Below are positions 22,193 to 33,593 of a DNA stretch of 64,000 nt, in pieces. The first letter of the stretch is position 1, and every line of letters starts with the position of its first letter. Origin of the DNA: Naegleria gruberi (taxonomy: Eukaryota); NCBI GenBank assembly GCA_000004985.1, contig GG738858.1; one strand, given 5' to 3'. A program made the translations under genes and the position numbers. A model generated the notes under the pieces. That model was not told the origin of the DNA and ran no database searches. It worked only from the letters and a program-made list of their open reading frames with translations.

Positions 22193-23368
22193 ATGAGCAA
22201 ACCATTGTTGGTGGTGGAATTATCAAATGAAAGAAATCAAACGGAAGAGCATAATATTGGTGCTAGTAGTTCGGAAGGAATAAATTTGATATATGATAAA
22301 GTATCGGATGAATATTTTGTATTTCAAGATAATCAGGAACCAGAAGATTTAAAATACGAGTTGAGTCTTTTTGATAAATTTAGGAGTATTAAGGATTATT
22401 CAAATGCAATAACTTCAATATCCAAATGTATAGCCAAGTATCCGAATTATTTTTATTTGTATTATAAACAGGGATTTTTATTTAAATCCATATCTAGTAG
22501 ATCGATAGAAACAATTAGAAGTTGTAAGATGGCACTATTTCTTGCCTCTAGACAACGGAATATAGTTTGGAGTCTATTATTATCTGGTTTTATATTTGAA
22601 TTGGATAATCAGTTTAAAACAGCGAGTGAATATTATGAGAATGCACTTAAACTATCAAATGAAAAAACATTGCATTTACAGGATTTGTATTTTAGGATTG
22701 GTATGATAAAGGGCGATTTAGAGGATTATGTTTCTAGTATGGATTATTTCTACAAATCTTTGGAAATACAACAATCAACAGATCCAACAAAAATATTTTA
22801 CATGGGAATGTGTTACAATAATATTGGTTGGTGTTATAAGCAAATGGAAAATGATCAGAAATCTGTTGAATTTTATGAAAAGGCAATTCAGGTTTGCAAT
22901 GGAACTGCATCCTTGTTTTACTCGAACAAAATTAAAGCTCTGAAAAAATTGGAAAGAATTGATGAAGCTATTGAACATTGTGATGCTGCTGTGAAGGTAA
23001 CAATAGATCGCAGCTCTCTTAGTAGCTTGTATGCTGAGAAGGCCTTCCTCTATCATTTAAAGGATCAAAGAGATTTGGCAAGCGAATATTTCGACTTGGC
23101 AATGAAATACGACGAAAAGTTTTATTTTCCTTACCTTTATGCGAGTGTATCAAAGTTGACCAGATTGGGAACCTCAAATCAAAATAATAGACAACCAAAT
23201 GAATCACTCACAATTTTGGAGAAGGGAATTAATATTTGTGATGAAAAAATAGAGCTGGTGCAAATGTTGGTTTCTATTTATGAATTCTTGGGGGACACTG
23301 AGAGAGGAGAGTTTTACTCTAACAAACTCGTCCAGTTAAAAGCAGGCCTATTACAGAGAATTAGTTAA
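22193..23368 (+). CDS. TPR-repeat protein
   Basis: 391 aa intronless protein with multiple 34-residue TPR-like units (W/Y-G-A-F-A-P spacing, e.g. ASEYYENALKLSN, SVEFYEKAIQVCNG, AIEHCDAAVKV). Confidence 0.55.
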   Translation: MSKPLLVVELSNERNQTEEHNIGASSSEGINLIYDKVSDEYFVFQDNQEPEDLKYELSLFDKFRSIKDYSNAITSISKCIAKYPNYFYLYYKQGFLFKSISSRSIETIRSCKMALFLASRQRNIVWSLLLSGFIFELDNQFKTASEYYENALKLSNEKTLHLQDLYFRIGMIKGDLEDYVSSMDYFYKSLEIQQSTDPTKIFYMGMCYNNIGWCYKQMENDQKSVEFYEKAIQVCNGTASLFYSNKIKALKKLERIDEAIEHCDAAVKVTIDRSSLSSLYAEKAFLYHLKDQRDLASEYFDLAMKYDEKFYFPYLYASVSKLTRLGTSNQNNRQPNESLTILEKGINICDEKIELVQMLVSIYEFLGDTERGEFYSNKLVQLKAGLLQRIS

Positions 23369-23550
23369 GAAGTAAATTAATTTATTCGAAATCTCAATTA
23401 CGATTTGTCCACATTAGATCTGCAATATGGATATCTCGTTTATCATACAATCAAGCGACCAATAATCAATTGGTATTTCAATCTTGTTGCATGCGTGTTA
23501 ATTATCGAAATATTGTCAAGAATGAATCACAATGCAAATTAAGTTTGTGT

Positions 23551-24727
23551 TCACCTATATCTATCATCCACAGATCCTGACTTGACATAAATCACATTGT
23601 CCTCTCTTCTTGGAGATTGAGTTGGCAATGTTGGTTTGCTGCTACCTGATCCACAACACCCAGTGTTACCTTGTTTTTCAACCTTGGTTGTCTTGATTGT
23701 GTACGAGCTGGATGTTGTTGAGATAATGTCACCATTTAAAAAACTATCGGTATCATCACTGAATCTTGACTTTCCAGTTGGTGAAAGATAACCAAACTCT
23801 TGTCTTCTTCTCCTTCTATTACAGTCAATAAGTTTTTTCCCAACTACATAGAAAAGATCATCAATCCCTTCATTTTCTTTGGATGATGTTTCAACGTAGA
23901 CAGCATTAATACTTTTAGCATATTGAATCATGTCAAAGAATGGATGTCTTGGATCAGAATAGAGGCCAGTAAGTCCAAAAGATGCTTCTGATTGAGAATC
24001 ACATTCACTCAATGGTGATAATTGTGAACTTGCTTCTGAAATGCTTGTAATATTGCTTGAAGGAGCATTTGATCCTGTTAATGTTGACGAAAATGATGAA
24101 AGAGATCCAGTTCTATCAGCAGAGCTTACAACATTTTCCAAAGTGCTCCTATTCCTAGATGTATCTCTAATATAGTTTTTAATAAAAGTCCTCCATTCTG
24201 GTGTTTCTCTGAGTAAGTCAGTTTTTGTGCAATTAATTACAACTAGAATTTCCTCATCTGCATGATGTTGAAGATCCTTCACCCAGTTTTTCACATTCTC
24301 TGCAGTTTGTTTTCTCATACTATCAAAGCAAACTACTGCACATGCTGCTCCTCTATAATACATTGGTAACATGGATTTAAAGCGTTCCTGACCAGCAGTA
24401 TCCTATGATCCAATGAAAAATATTGTTTGTAAATTGAATTTGAATTAATTTCAATCATCACGAAATTATTTAATATCCAATAATCCATCAAGTTACTTAC
24501 CCACAATTGCAGAGAAATATAATCATTCTCACCATCTACTTTAAGTCTTCTCGTGGAAAATGTTGCTCCTATTGTTGGCGATTGCGATTTAAATTTACCA
24601 TGGTTGTATCTACACAAAATACACGTTTTTCCCTATAATTTGTTATTATTAGATTCATCACAAAACATACCACTCCAGAATCTCCTAAAAGAACAACCTT
24701 GTGAGTTTGTTCATTCCTCCTGCTCAT
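23551..24727 (-). CDS. Rab-family small GTPase with a long Ser-rich insert and an atypical C-terminus
   Basis: Three exons (minus strand) at ~24727..24671, 24632..24501 and 24402..23551, with introns of 38 nt (GTATGT...TTATAG) and 98 nt (GTAAGT...ATCATAG). The joined protein reads MSRRNEQTHKVVLLGDSGV|GKTCILCRYNHGKFKSQSPTIGATFSTRRLKVDGENDYISLQLW|DTAGQERF...NCTKTD...ETSSK. A ~100 aa S-rich insert sits between G4 and G5. The protein ends ...GCCGSGSSKPTLPTQSPRREDNVIYVKSGSVDDRYR, so the CC is not C-terminal. Confidence 0.75.
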
Positions 24728-25045
24728 TTTCTACAGTTTGTGATTCAATAAATATTAACTTTACTATTTGTTTTAATCTACTTGATCCATGGACGATAAA
24801 GTGGCGGTTGATGAATGTTGTTGGTCTCCTGAAGGAGTTATTGTAACCGCCAATTTTTTTTTTGAAAATCTTCCGTGTAACGTTCAAAGTAAGGTGGAAG
24901 TTTTTAAGCCAACATGAAAGCTGCAATAACCACAACAAGTGCAAGTTTAATGTTATGGAAAATAACTTAAATGAGTTGTGCAGCGCTACATTAATAATTC
25001 TTCTTTATTGATAAATTTATTTACAATTGTTGTTTGTAGTTAATC

Positions 25046-26192
25046 TTATTCATCACCAATACTGGAATAGAATAAAATGTAGCATGTTTCTGAAATACCA
25101 GAAAATGAGGATGCCTCATCGTGAGGGAAGCCAAATGTGGATTTTACATAATCTTCATCCACATTGGACACTTTATCATCATCAAAAAGGAACCACCTCT
25201 CTTCAGATCTAATTATACACTTGTAATGGCCACAATTTGGTCCTGAGCCAATGTGAACAACTGCTGCAAATAATTTGTAAGTTTTCACTTTCTCATCTTG
25301 CGACAGGTTTGGCAATTTAAAATCGAATGGGAAGGTTACTCGATATGATAACTTTTTAAAGTTATTATTCATATATTTGAATCTCTTCAATTGGATTGCA
25401 AGTACTTGGGGTTGTCTTTTGATTTTCATACTTGTTTGGGCTTCCTGGTGTGAACAGCAACGATCACAGTAAAATTTGTTATTGGATTTTAAAATTTGCA
25501 TTCCACTAAAGTTTTTTAAACATTGAGTAATTGAGGAATATTGTTGAACATCTACACTGAGATCTAGAAACGATTCTTCCCTACTAGTTACATTCTCACA
25601 CATGATACATCTCGTTTCATTTATCAAAGTTCCTTCAAATATGTCATGAATAAATGTTTTCAGTTTTTTTAGATCCTCATTATCATTTGTTTGTGATTCT
25701 TGATTTTTCAGTTCATGTTGTAAAATTTCCACAAAGTGATTTAGTAAATAATTGAGAAATTCTTGTGCATCTTGTTGCATTAGAGATTTAAACATTTCAT
25801 TATCCAGTCTCAATCTTTGTATGAATGCTTTTGGTCCCAAATATCCAGTCTTTTTCTTTTGATTATTTAACTGATAAAACAGATCAGCCAATGATACTAG
25901 TAAATTAGGTTCCGAATTTTGTGGTATTGTTTTATAGTAATTCAAGATGTGATTTCTAAATGGTTTGCAAAAATACAATGCCTGCAGAACACTATTAGCA
26001 TAACATGTATTTCCGAACTGAATTATGATCAAAATTATTATCAATCTATTTTGATGATCAACCTACATTCTCCAATCCAAAATACTTTTCATTTCCTTCA
26101 TCAATTTTTGTGTCTATTCTACGAGAATTCGTCAATGGTGTAGATCCATTCGGACCGTTTTGTGTCGATTCTGCAGTATTGGTATTTCCCAT
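25046..26192 (-). CDS. Ubiquitin carboxyl-terminal hydrolase, USP12/USP46-type
   Basis: Two exons (minus strand) at ~26192..26067 and 26017..25046, with a 49-nt intron GTAGGT...AATTCAG. The join gives ...EKYFGLEN|FGNTCYANSVLQALYFCKPFR (Cys box). A His box YKLFAAVVHIGSGPNCGHYKCIIRSEERWFLFDDDKV is present. Confidence 0.8.
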
Positions 26193-26301
26193 TTTTTATT
26201 TTTAAATTTATTTTAATAACTTCCTTGAGGAAATAAAGGCATTGATTTTTGCTAGAATATTACTCAACAAATTTAAATATTTAATTTTATAAATAAGAAA
26301 T

Positions 26302-28293
26302 TTAGTCAACCTTAATACTACCATAAATTGTTTTGACAAACCATAAAGAACAGAAGAATCCAACAGCACCAGTCAAAACAAAGAAGAAGTAACATAAAAT
26401 TGAACAATATCCGAAATAGAGAACTGTCATCATGAAAGTATCAATTTCAAGAGAAGTAAAGTAGTAGAAAGCAGAATAAAGGAAGAGGTACAATGCAGAG
26501 CTACCACTACTCAAGAAACTTCTCCACCACCAACGGTAGTCTTCATTACATAATTGGAAGTAAGCAAATACAACACTAATTTCAGCAGAAGTTACAACCA
26601 AAATAAGGAAGACAACAAATAAAAATCCAAACAAGTAATAATATTGGTGCAACCAAATGGAGCTCAAAATAAAGTAGGATTGAATGAAAACACTTCCAAA
26701 TGGCAATACACCTCCCATTAAAACAGAGATAACTGGATGCATGTAAATAGGTTGAACTGGGATTTGTCTAGGGATTTGCAAAGTCTTGACTGGAACTTCA
26801 ATTTCACTTGAACGGTTTCCAAAGAAAGCACCTACAACAACAAGTGGAACAGAGATTGCAAGCCACAAACCAAAGATTTCAAGAAGTGAAAGGAAAGGAA
26901 GGGCTGATGTAGAATGGACAGAAACCCAAACCAAAAAGTTAACAAAAGTGAAGAGGAACAATGGAATTGCTGGGAAAGCCAAAGCTGCCAAAAGTGAAAC
27001 TGTCTTCCATGATTTACCTTGGAACATCTTGTAGAGTCTCAAAGTGGTATATCCATTAATAATACCCATAAATGCAAACAAAACCAATATAACAGTTGGA
27101 AGTGAGCCTCTTGATTCCGGAGAAATGAAACCAACAAGGGCTAATAATAATGAAACAACCAAACAGCCCAATACTTGCATACCAGCTCCTGCGCTTAATG
27201 CCAACAATGTAGAATTCTTTGGAGTACGGAATACATCACCATGTACAAGCTTCCAACCAGTTTCATCACCTGGATCTTCTTCATCCTTTTCGTTATATAA
27301 ATTGATATCCTTTCTCAAAATTCTCAACATGATCATACCAACCATACCAGTCAAGAAGAAGACAATGAGCAATGAGTTGATAATTGAGAACCAGTGAATA
27401 CGATAGTCATCTGGATTTTCCTCAGTATTGACGTATGCGTCAAATCTAGATCCCCAAGCAATTGAGCTTTCTTTCCAAATAATAGAATAAGAGTATTGAA
27501 CATTCTTCAAGTTGTCATCAATAACTAATCTATCAAAATCATCTGGAAGTGGCTTATCACCAGTACAAGAAGATTCTGTGTGTTCAATACTGGTTGGATA
27601 AACTTCAGCACCAACAATAACTTGTTTACCATTCTTTCTAACATGGTAATACAACACAAAAGTAAAATGGTTGTTCAAATAATAATTAAATCCGACAGTT
27701 CCATCAGCAGATTGAATCTTTTCCTTACATCCCACAGGATAACCATCAGGTCTATAATACTTTGTAGATTTTTCTTGATTCAAAATTTCTTCCTTTGATG
27801 GTGGAGGATTTCCGCAGGAAGTATAACCTTGAAGATTAGCAAAAGGAAGTTGATCAACAACTAATTGTGCCAAATAATCTTCATCAATTTTTTCCTTCAA
27901 ATTTTTAATATCATCAGAGGTGATTTGGGAAGGACATTCTGTCTCCACACAAGAATCAGCTTTTCCATCACAAGAGGAAATTGAAGTCAATCTCTTGCAA
28001 ATAACATCTTTCTTAAATTCAACAGAATACACTGAGTTGTGGATACGATCACCGAGCAAATATTCTCCCAAGTTTTCTACATTATTTTTAATTTCCTTTG
28101 GTTTGCAATATGGCATAGAATAAAAATCAAAAGCCAAATTGTGAGTACTAGATAATTTCCTGGTTTTAATTTTTACAGTATTTCCTTCTTCATAATAATT
28201 ATCAGGTATTCCTGGTAGGAAAGCGTTAATGAAAGAAACAAAAACGAGTAATAACACTAGTTGGGTAATGAGAACGTTGATTGGTGCTCTCAT
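26302..28293 (-). CDS. Transmembrane 9 superfamily (nonaspanin) protein, paralog B
   Basis: Intronless 663 aa protein. A signal peptide MRAPINVLITQLVLLLVFVSFINA is followed by a long lumenal domain and then 9 TM segments with the TM9SF-typical motifs (VHGDVFR, FKTVSLLAA, YMHPVIS). It is a distinct paralog of the TM9SF gene at 6988..9037. Confidence 0.85.
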   Translation of the reverse strand: MRAPINVLITQLVLLLVFVSFINAFLPGIPDNYYEEGNTVKIKTRKLSSTHNLAFDFYSMPYCKPKEIKNNVENLGEYLLGDRIHNSVYSVEFKKDVICKRLTSISSCDGKADSCVETECPSQITSDDIKNLKEKIDEDYLAQLVVDQLPFANLQGYTSCGNPPPSKEEILNQEKSTKYYRPDGYPVGCKEKIQSADGTVGFNYYLNNHFTFVLYYHVRKNGKQVIVGAEVYPTSIEHTESSCTGDKPLPDDFDRLVIDDNLKNVQYSYSIIWKESSIAWGSRFDAYVNTEENPDDYRIHWFSIINSLLIVFFLTGMVGMIMLRILRKDINLYNEKDEEDPGDETGWKLVHGDVFRTPKNSTLLALSAGAGMQVLGCLVVSLLLALVGFISPESRGSLPTVILVLFAFMGIINGYTTLRLYKMFQGKSWKTVSLLAALAFPAIPLFLFTFVNFLVWVSVHSTSALPFLSLLEIFGLWLAISVPLVVVGAFFGNRSSEIEVPVKTLQIPRQIPVQPIYMHPVISVLMGGVLPFGSVFIQSYFILSSIWLHQYYYLFGFLFVVFLILVVTSAEISVVFAYFQLCNEDYRWWWRSFLSSGSSALYLFLYSAFYYFTSLEIDTFMMTVLYFGYCSILCYFFFVLTGAVGFFCSLWFVKTIYGSIKVD

Positions 28294-28334
28294 TTTTTTT
28301 TAATTATTCTTCTTACAAACGATGTATTACGTAA

Positions 28335-29471
28335 TCAATTTCCCACAACAGCCAACAAACCATCATCAAGAAGAGACTCATTGAGGAAGGGATGGGATAC
28401 ACTAATAAAAAACAAACTGGGCTCATTTGCAAGACCCACTATCTCCTTATCTGAGTTTGTGAGATAAAAAAGTTTCCCTGACTTTGATGTTAAAGCCATG
28501 ACCTTCCTGCTATTACAAACTCTGACAACCTCTTCATTGATTTTGTTGTTGAAACAGATTGTTACATCTTTAACCTTACCATCAACCCACTTAAAAAAGT
28601 AGTCTTTTTCGAGAAAGAGATTAAACTCACAACTTGATCTGACCAAAAACCAATCATCACAACAAATAAGAGAACAGGTAAGTAAAGGCAATGAATTTTC
28701 CATTGAAAATCCAAATTCCTTATTCAAGTCAAACTCTAGAAACACAGGAGTGTTTCCTCCATTCAAAACTCCAGACACAAAAATCTTTAGTTTCTTTGAG
28801 AAAGCAATTGAGTAGTATTGACCACATCCTATTTCTTGCAATTCTTTAACAGACATTTCCTTATTGATAATCAAGGCTTTTTGATTTTTTGTTTTTGTGT
28901 CTAGAAATAATTGGCCTTGGTTTTGCAACCCCGATACCATAAGCTGATCGTCGTCAGACAACATTAGAACGTGGTACATTCCTATGGCGATTTTTTGAAT
29001 AGATTTTCCACCAGGTATTTTAACTTCAGTAATGTTGTAAACATTAGAATTAGGGATAATTCCTAAACAACCTTCCTCATTGAACCCACAACCATAAACT
29101 TTACCCTGTTCCGTCAAGAAAAATGTTTGGTTGTAGCCACAAATAACAGATCTTAAGGGTTCTGATCTCTTATTAAAAAAATCGATTATTTCGAAATCGC
29201 ATTGTTTCTTCACTTCACACATACCAAGCTGCCCAAAGAAATTATTTCCACAACAATACAGAAGAGAACCTTGTCTAATAAAAGTATGAGATGAACCAGT
29301 TGAAATGCCGTCTATTGTTGAAATAGGCAGCTGCAAGATTTTTGGGCTTGATAACTTGGTCTTATTGTCTGATAACAGCTGCCCATCAGTGTTGTCTCCA
29401 TAAACAAGCAAGCTCTTTGAAGCACTACTTAACAATTCATCAACAAATGAATCTTCGAAATCAAAAACCAT
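28335..29471 (-). CDS. RCC1-repeat (beta-propeller) protein
   Basis: 378 aa. Repeated RCC1 signatures YGDNTDGQLL, CGNNFFGQLG, GCGFNEEGCLG and VSGLQNQGQLF. Confidence 0.6.
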   Translation of the reverse strand: MVFDFEDSFVDELLSSASKSLLVYGDNTDGQLLSDNKTKLSSPKILQLPISTIDGISTGSSHTFIRQGSLLYCCGNNFFGQLGMCEVKKQCDFEIIDFFNKRSEPLRSVICGYNQTFFLTEQGKVYGCGFNEEGCLGIIPNSNVYNITEVKIPGGKSIQKIAIGMYHVLMLSDDDQLMVSGLQNQGQLFLDTKTKNQKALIINKEMSVKELQEIGCGQYYSIAFSKKLKIFVSGVLNGGNTPVFLEFDLNKEFGFSMENSLPLLTCSLICCDDWFLVRSSCEFNLFLEKDYFFKWVDGKVKDVTICFNNKINEEVVRVCNSRKVMALTSKSGKLFYLTNSDKEIVGLANEPSLFFISVSHPFLNESLLDDGLLAVVGN

Positions 29472-29571
29472 TTTTTTTGATTAAATTAAGAAGCTTCTTT
29501 TTTAGATGAAAACCGTAGTTAATTGTAAAATCATCAGATTATTGGTATTACTGTTACCAAAGAAATAAAAA

Positions 29572-30057
29572 ATGAGCAATCTTGATTTGAACACGGCACT
29601 TATTTCCCCAATTTCAAATTCTTCTCCTGTTTTACGAAGGAATGATACAATACCAAGGGTTTCCATCATGGAGTCCTCTTTTTTGGAAGATATTTCAGAA
29701 ATTCATGAGGTTCCGATCAATAGAAACATAAATGATGAACTGAACAGTCTTCAACACGATCTTTCCAGAATTTCTCAAGGAAGAATATTTGACACAGGAC
29801 CAATTGATGAAATTATGCAAGATACAATATTTACAACCGAAGAAAGAAATGAAATTTATTTAAATGATAAGATAATTAACGATTTTTCATCACGAGTAAT
29901 GCTTGAAAATTATATTCTATCTAAATGTGAATCGGAACTTGACAATACAAAGAATAACAAAATTTGGAATGAAGATGTAAGAGAAAAATTTATTGGTACT
30001 GATGATTGGGATTACCTACATCATGATGAGCTCAAATCTGCCTTCAAAAAATTTTAA
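29572..30057 (+). CDS. Hypothetical protein, 161 aa
   Basis: Clean ORF with an ATG start and no recognisable domain. Confidence 0.35.
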   Translation: MSNLDLNTALISPISNSSPVLRRNDTIPRVSIMESSFLEDISEIHEVPINRNINDELNSLQHDLSRISQGRIFDTGPIDEIMQDTIFTTEERNEIYLNDKIINDFSSRVMLENYILSKCESELDNTKNNKIWNEDVREKFIGTDDWDYLHHDELKSAFKKF

Positions 30058-30076
30058 TTTTACTTATTTACAATTA

Positions 30077-31573
30077 TTATCGAATACTTCTCATGTTTCT
30101 TGGAGCAGTTGATAAAACAGATTGATGTTCTGAAGGTATGGATTTTTCTGAAAGAGTGTTTGGGCTGAATACTTTCCAAAATCTCAAAGTTTCATCACCT
30201 GCAGCACTTACTACAGTTGTCCCATCAGGACTTTGAGCCATGTGTAATACTCTACTTTTATGACCAGTCAATTCGGCAACTTTTACGAGAGAAGGATACT
30301 TCCAAACACACAACTGGTTTTGTGAAAATCCATGAGATGAGATAATTTCTCTATCATTCTTTGACCAAATAATTGAGCACACTTGAGAATTGGTATCAAT
30401 AGTATTAAGTAATGTACCTGATTGGGTATTCCAAAACATCATCTTTCTGTCACTTGTTCCTCCTCCAGAAGCCAATAAATTATTTTGCCAAGGACACCAT
30501 GCCAAGGCTTTAACTGCAGCCACATGCTCTCTCAATGAAAACTTTGGAAGAACCTCATTTTGAGTTAAAATCAAGCTCTTATCCCAAATATTCAATATAT
30601 TATCATTTGCTCCACTAGCCAATTGATTTCCATCAGGAGACCATTTCAAACCACAAACCTCAAAGTCTTGATGGGCACTTTGTGTTGTCAATAAATGTTT
30701 GGCTTGTCTTACATCATGGGATAATATTTTACCATCTTTGCCTCCACTTGACAAAATGTAAGAATTCCAAGATAGAGAGCAAACTCTTTGGGTATGACCT
30801 TTCATTGTTCTGATTTGCTTACTTCTGGATACATCCCATATTTGAACATCGTTGTAATTTGTTCCAACAGCCAAAAAACTACCATCTTCTGACCAGGACA
30901 CACTCGTAACATAATTATCTTGTTGAGAGCAGGACATCAACTTATTGATTTCACACGTTTCACCATTCCATAAATATACACTGTCACATAATGAAACAGC
31001 TAGTATGTTATTTTGATTCCAATCCAATAGATTGAGATAGTAATCATCAATCATACCTGGAGCATCCAAAACCTTATCTGGAGTTTGAGGAATATGTCTG
31101 GAAGAAACTTGTTTTCGTTGACTTGTAGAAGTGGTAGTTGTTCCAGGGAATATTTTGTTTTGAGAATAAAGTACACGTAGATTATTGTTCCAATCAGCAG
31201 GTGCCTTTGGAGCTTTTTCAGTAAGGGCCAGGATTTTTGCATCCTTTACTTTCTTACCATCAAACAATCGTTGCTCTAATATCTTGTTATGTAGATTTTC
31301 CTTGTCACCTTCGGAAACACTCATATCTTCATCATCCTCCATTTGATTGTTAATTAAATTATACTTGCAAATGTCCATGTCTTGTGAAGTCCTTCTAGAG
31401 GGAATAAATCTCTGATCAATATTGCTAGTACTACTACTACCATCGATATCAAGTGTTGTGGAAGAGAGTGTCTTTTGTTTTTGCTTTCTCTTCCATCTTG
31501 GTTCGTATACTGAAGAAAGATCTGAAGTTAAATCGTCATTAATATCGGCCGAGTCTTCAAAGTGGTAGGACAT
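30077..31573 (-). CDS. CDC20: APC/C activator CDC20 (Fizzy)
   Basis: 498 aa intronless protein. It has a C-box DQRFIPSRR, the CDC20-type NNLRVLYSQN motif, seven WD40 repeats and a C-terminal IR tail (...NMRSIR). Confidence 0.8.
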   Translation of the reverse strand: MSYHFEDSADINDDLTSDLSSVYEPRWKRKQKQKTLSSTTLDIDGSSSTSNIDQRFIPSRRTSQDMDICKYNLINNQMEDDEDMSVSEGDKENLHNKILEQRLFDGKKVKDAKILALTEKAPKAPADWNNNLRVLYSQNKIFPGTTTTSTSQRKQVSSRHIPQTPDKVLDAPGMIDDYYLNLLDWNQNNILAVSLCDSVYLWNGETCEINKLMSCSQQDNYVTSVSWSEDGSFLAVGTNYNDVQIWDVSRSKQIRTMKGHTQRVCSLSWNSYILSSGGKDGKILSHDVRQAKHLLTTQSAHQDFEVCGLKWSPDGNQLASGANDNILNIWDKSLILTQNEVLPKFSLREHVAAVKALAWCPWQNNLLASGGGTSDRKMMFWNTQSGTLLNTIDTNSQVCSIIWSKNDREIISSHGFSQNQLCVWKYPSLVKVAELTGHKSRVLHMAQSPDGTTVVSAAGDETLRFWKVFSPNTLSEKSIPSEHQSVLSTAPRNMRSIR

Positions 31574-31807
31574 TTTTTTTTCAGTTAACTTTTTAAATTT
31601 TTTTGGAGGGAAATTTAAAAGTTAAAAAAAAGCGTAACGGTTGTTTTTCAATATTACAAATGGGAATTAAATACTACAAGAAGAAACCTCAATATTCTTG
31701 CAAGCATTGTAATCTGCAAATATTTAAATAGAATTATTCTGTTAAAATCGTAGTTGTATGAACTTGTGCACCACTGCACATCAAACTACAATTAATAATC
31801 TAAAAAA

Positions 31808-32155
31808 ATGTCTAGGAAGGAGGTAGAGGAAATTCTACGAACAGAAAATGAAATTAATGAGGCTACCAAGGAGCTAAAAAAACTAACAGAGAATAACAAC
31901 AAACAAAAAGAAATAATACCAGTAAAAGAGGAGCAAAAAGTTATTGAAAAAGAAAAACCACTCTCAAGAAGCATTAAGGAGAGGAAAGAACTGAGTGAGT
32001 TACCTCCTCTTTACCCAATCACTGATGAAACTGTACTTCAAAACAAAAAACAAAAACAGCACCAAAAATTAACAAGTTTTAATGATTTTGTGGAAATGAT
32101 TAATTACATTTCTGATAAAAGCAAATTAAATACAAGCAAAAATGATGAAAAATAA
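31808..32155 (+). CDS. Small charged coiled-coil protein, 115 aa, hypothetical
   Basis: K/E-rich ORF with an ATG start. Confidence 0.3.
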   Translation: MSRKEVEEILRTENEINEATKELKKLTENNNKQKEIIPVKEEQKVIEKEKPLSRSIKERKELSELPPLYPITDETVLQNKKQKQHQKLTSFNDFVEMINYISDKSKLNTSKNDEK

Positions 32156-32211
32156 TTGATTTTTGAATAAGCTTGGTTGATCAGATAGACTTACTATGTT
32201 TTGTTATCATC

Positions 32212-33276
32212 TCAATTTAAATTGTGAGAGCATTGATTTAAATTAATTTGTTGAATGGAGGAAAAGTTCAATAAATTAATTAATTTGACAACTGCCTCCA
32301 TAGATAAAAGGTTGCTCCTCAAATCAATCGATTCTATATTTGGATTGTATTTGTGTATCATTAAGATATTTCTCAGAATTGACTCACAAAGTAAAGGATG
32401 CCAAATTGTCAAGTTACTTCCTCTATAATTAATTGATGGTAACTTGAGAATCACATTATTTCTAAATTTATAGAATGCTCCATCTTCACCCTTCCCAATT
32501 TTAAAGAGTTTCGAACATGCTGATAATATTTTAGAAGCAGATTTCAAATCCAGGCGAATATTTTCAAGTTCCAACTTTCTGAAATTATTGTAAGGCTCCA
32601 ATTTGTTTGCCAATAATTCAATGGACTTGTTTGTTATATTGGTATTTGATAGATCAAGTTCTAATAAATTTTGGGGTTTTTTTAAATATTTTAAAAATCC
32701 ACTCATTCCACAATCAGTTATTGGCGTGGATTTAATGTATAGCTTTTCTAAATTTGGGATACTCTGTGATAGACCCACCAGAAATGAATCATTTACATCC
32801 ATTATGTTGCTAAGATCCACATCCTTCAAATTGGCCAATTTATGAATTAAAGAAGAGCAAAGTTTTGTGTTGAGAGTATGTCTGCAATTATTTGAATTTG
32901 ATAGAGATAGATCTATAGATGTAAAAGGTGTTATATCTATCAATCCTGAGTCTATTGCTCCATTCAGAAGTGATAATAACCTGTTTAATTCCGATTTGGT
33001 GAGATGAATCTTATTGTTTTCGTTTTGTTTGATTTTGAAGAATAATCCATCTTCGGAATCATCACAACCAATATTTTTCAAAATTAAATTAATATTGTCC
33101 ATAGGAAGCTGATTTTCCATTGTAGAATCTTGGTTATTTGTTCGAGCTTGTGGATGGTAATAATTATTGAATTGTGACTGGTTAAACTTACGAAATAGGT
33201 GTTGGATGATTATTTGTGCTCTTTTTGCGGTTGAAGAAGCAAAAAGGTCAAGCAAGGCTTCATGAGTTACTTCCAT
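32212..33276 (-). CDS. Leucine-rich repeat protein (F-box/LRR-like)
   Basis: 354 aa with C-terminal LRRs (LLELDLSNTNITNKSIELLANKL, LRKLELENIRLDLKS, IESIDLRSNLLSMEAV). Confidence 0.5.
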   Translation of the reverse strand: MEVTHEALLDLFASSTAKRAQIIIQHLFRKFNQSQFNNYYHPQARTNNQDSTMENQLPMDNINLILKNIGCDDSEDGLFFKIKQNENNKIHLTKSELNRLLSLLNGAIDSGLIDITPFTSIDLSLSNSNNCRHTLNTKLCSSLIHKLANLKDVDLSNIMDVNDSFLVGLSQSIPNLEKLYIKSTPITDCGMSGFLKYLKKPQNLLELDLSNTNITNKSIELLANKLEPYNNFRKLELENIRLDLKSASKILSACSKLFKIGKGEDGAFYKFRNNVILKLPSINYRGSNLTIWHPLLCESILRNILMIHKYNPNIESIDLRSNLLSMEAVVKLINLLNFSSIQQINLNQCSHNLN

Positions 33277-33329
33277 TTTTTGTATTTTAAAATTCTAGTT
33301 GCTCTTATCAGAGTGTATTTACATAATCA

Positions 33330-33593
33330 CTGCTCTGTTCACACTCTTTTTCGGATAAGTCTTTAGTATCAGTCTACCAAGCAGAACAACATGCAGAATC
33401 TAAGGTTCACACAAGGATTCCCAAAGCCCCACCGTCGTTAAGCAACGTAAACTTCAACCATTAACTAATCGTACTGAGTGTGAGAGAGAATAACCATCAT
33501 ACGGCTCTTCCTACACTAAGGTAGTATACACAAAGGTTGTTCATCATTAATAACAGCAATCAACCTCTTGAGGTTGAGTGATGGTATTTTTTT
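33330..33593 (+). ncRNA. Candidate structured RNA in an ORF-free island with elevated GC that ends in a T7 run
   Basis: About 260 nt between two minus-strand genes is noticeably GC-richer than the flanks and has no ORF. It contains a perfect hairpin CAACCTC-TT-GAGGTTG (33561-33576) followed by GGTATTTTTTT, resembling a Pol III terminator. I could not match snRNA, SRP, RNase P or MRP consensus by eye. Confidence 0.2.
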
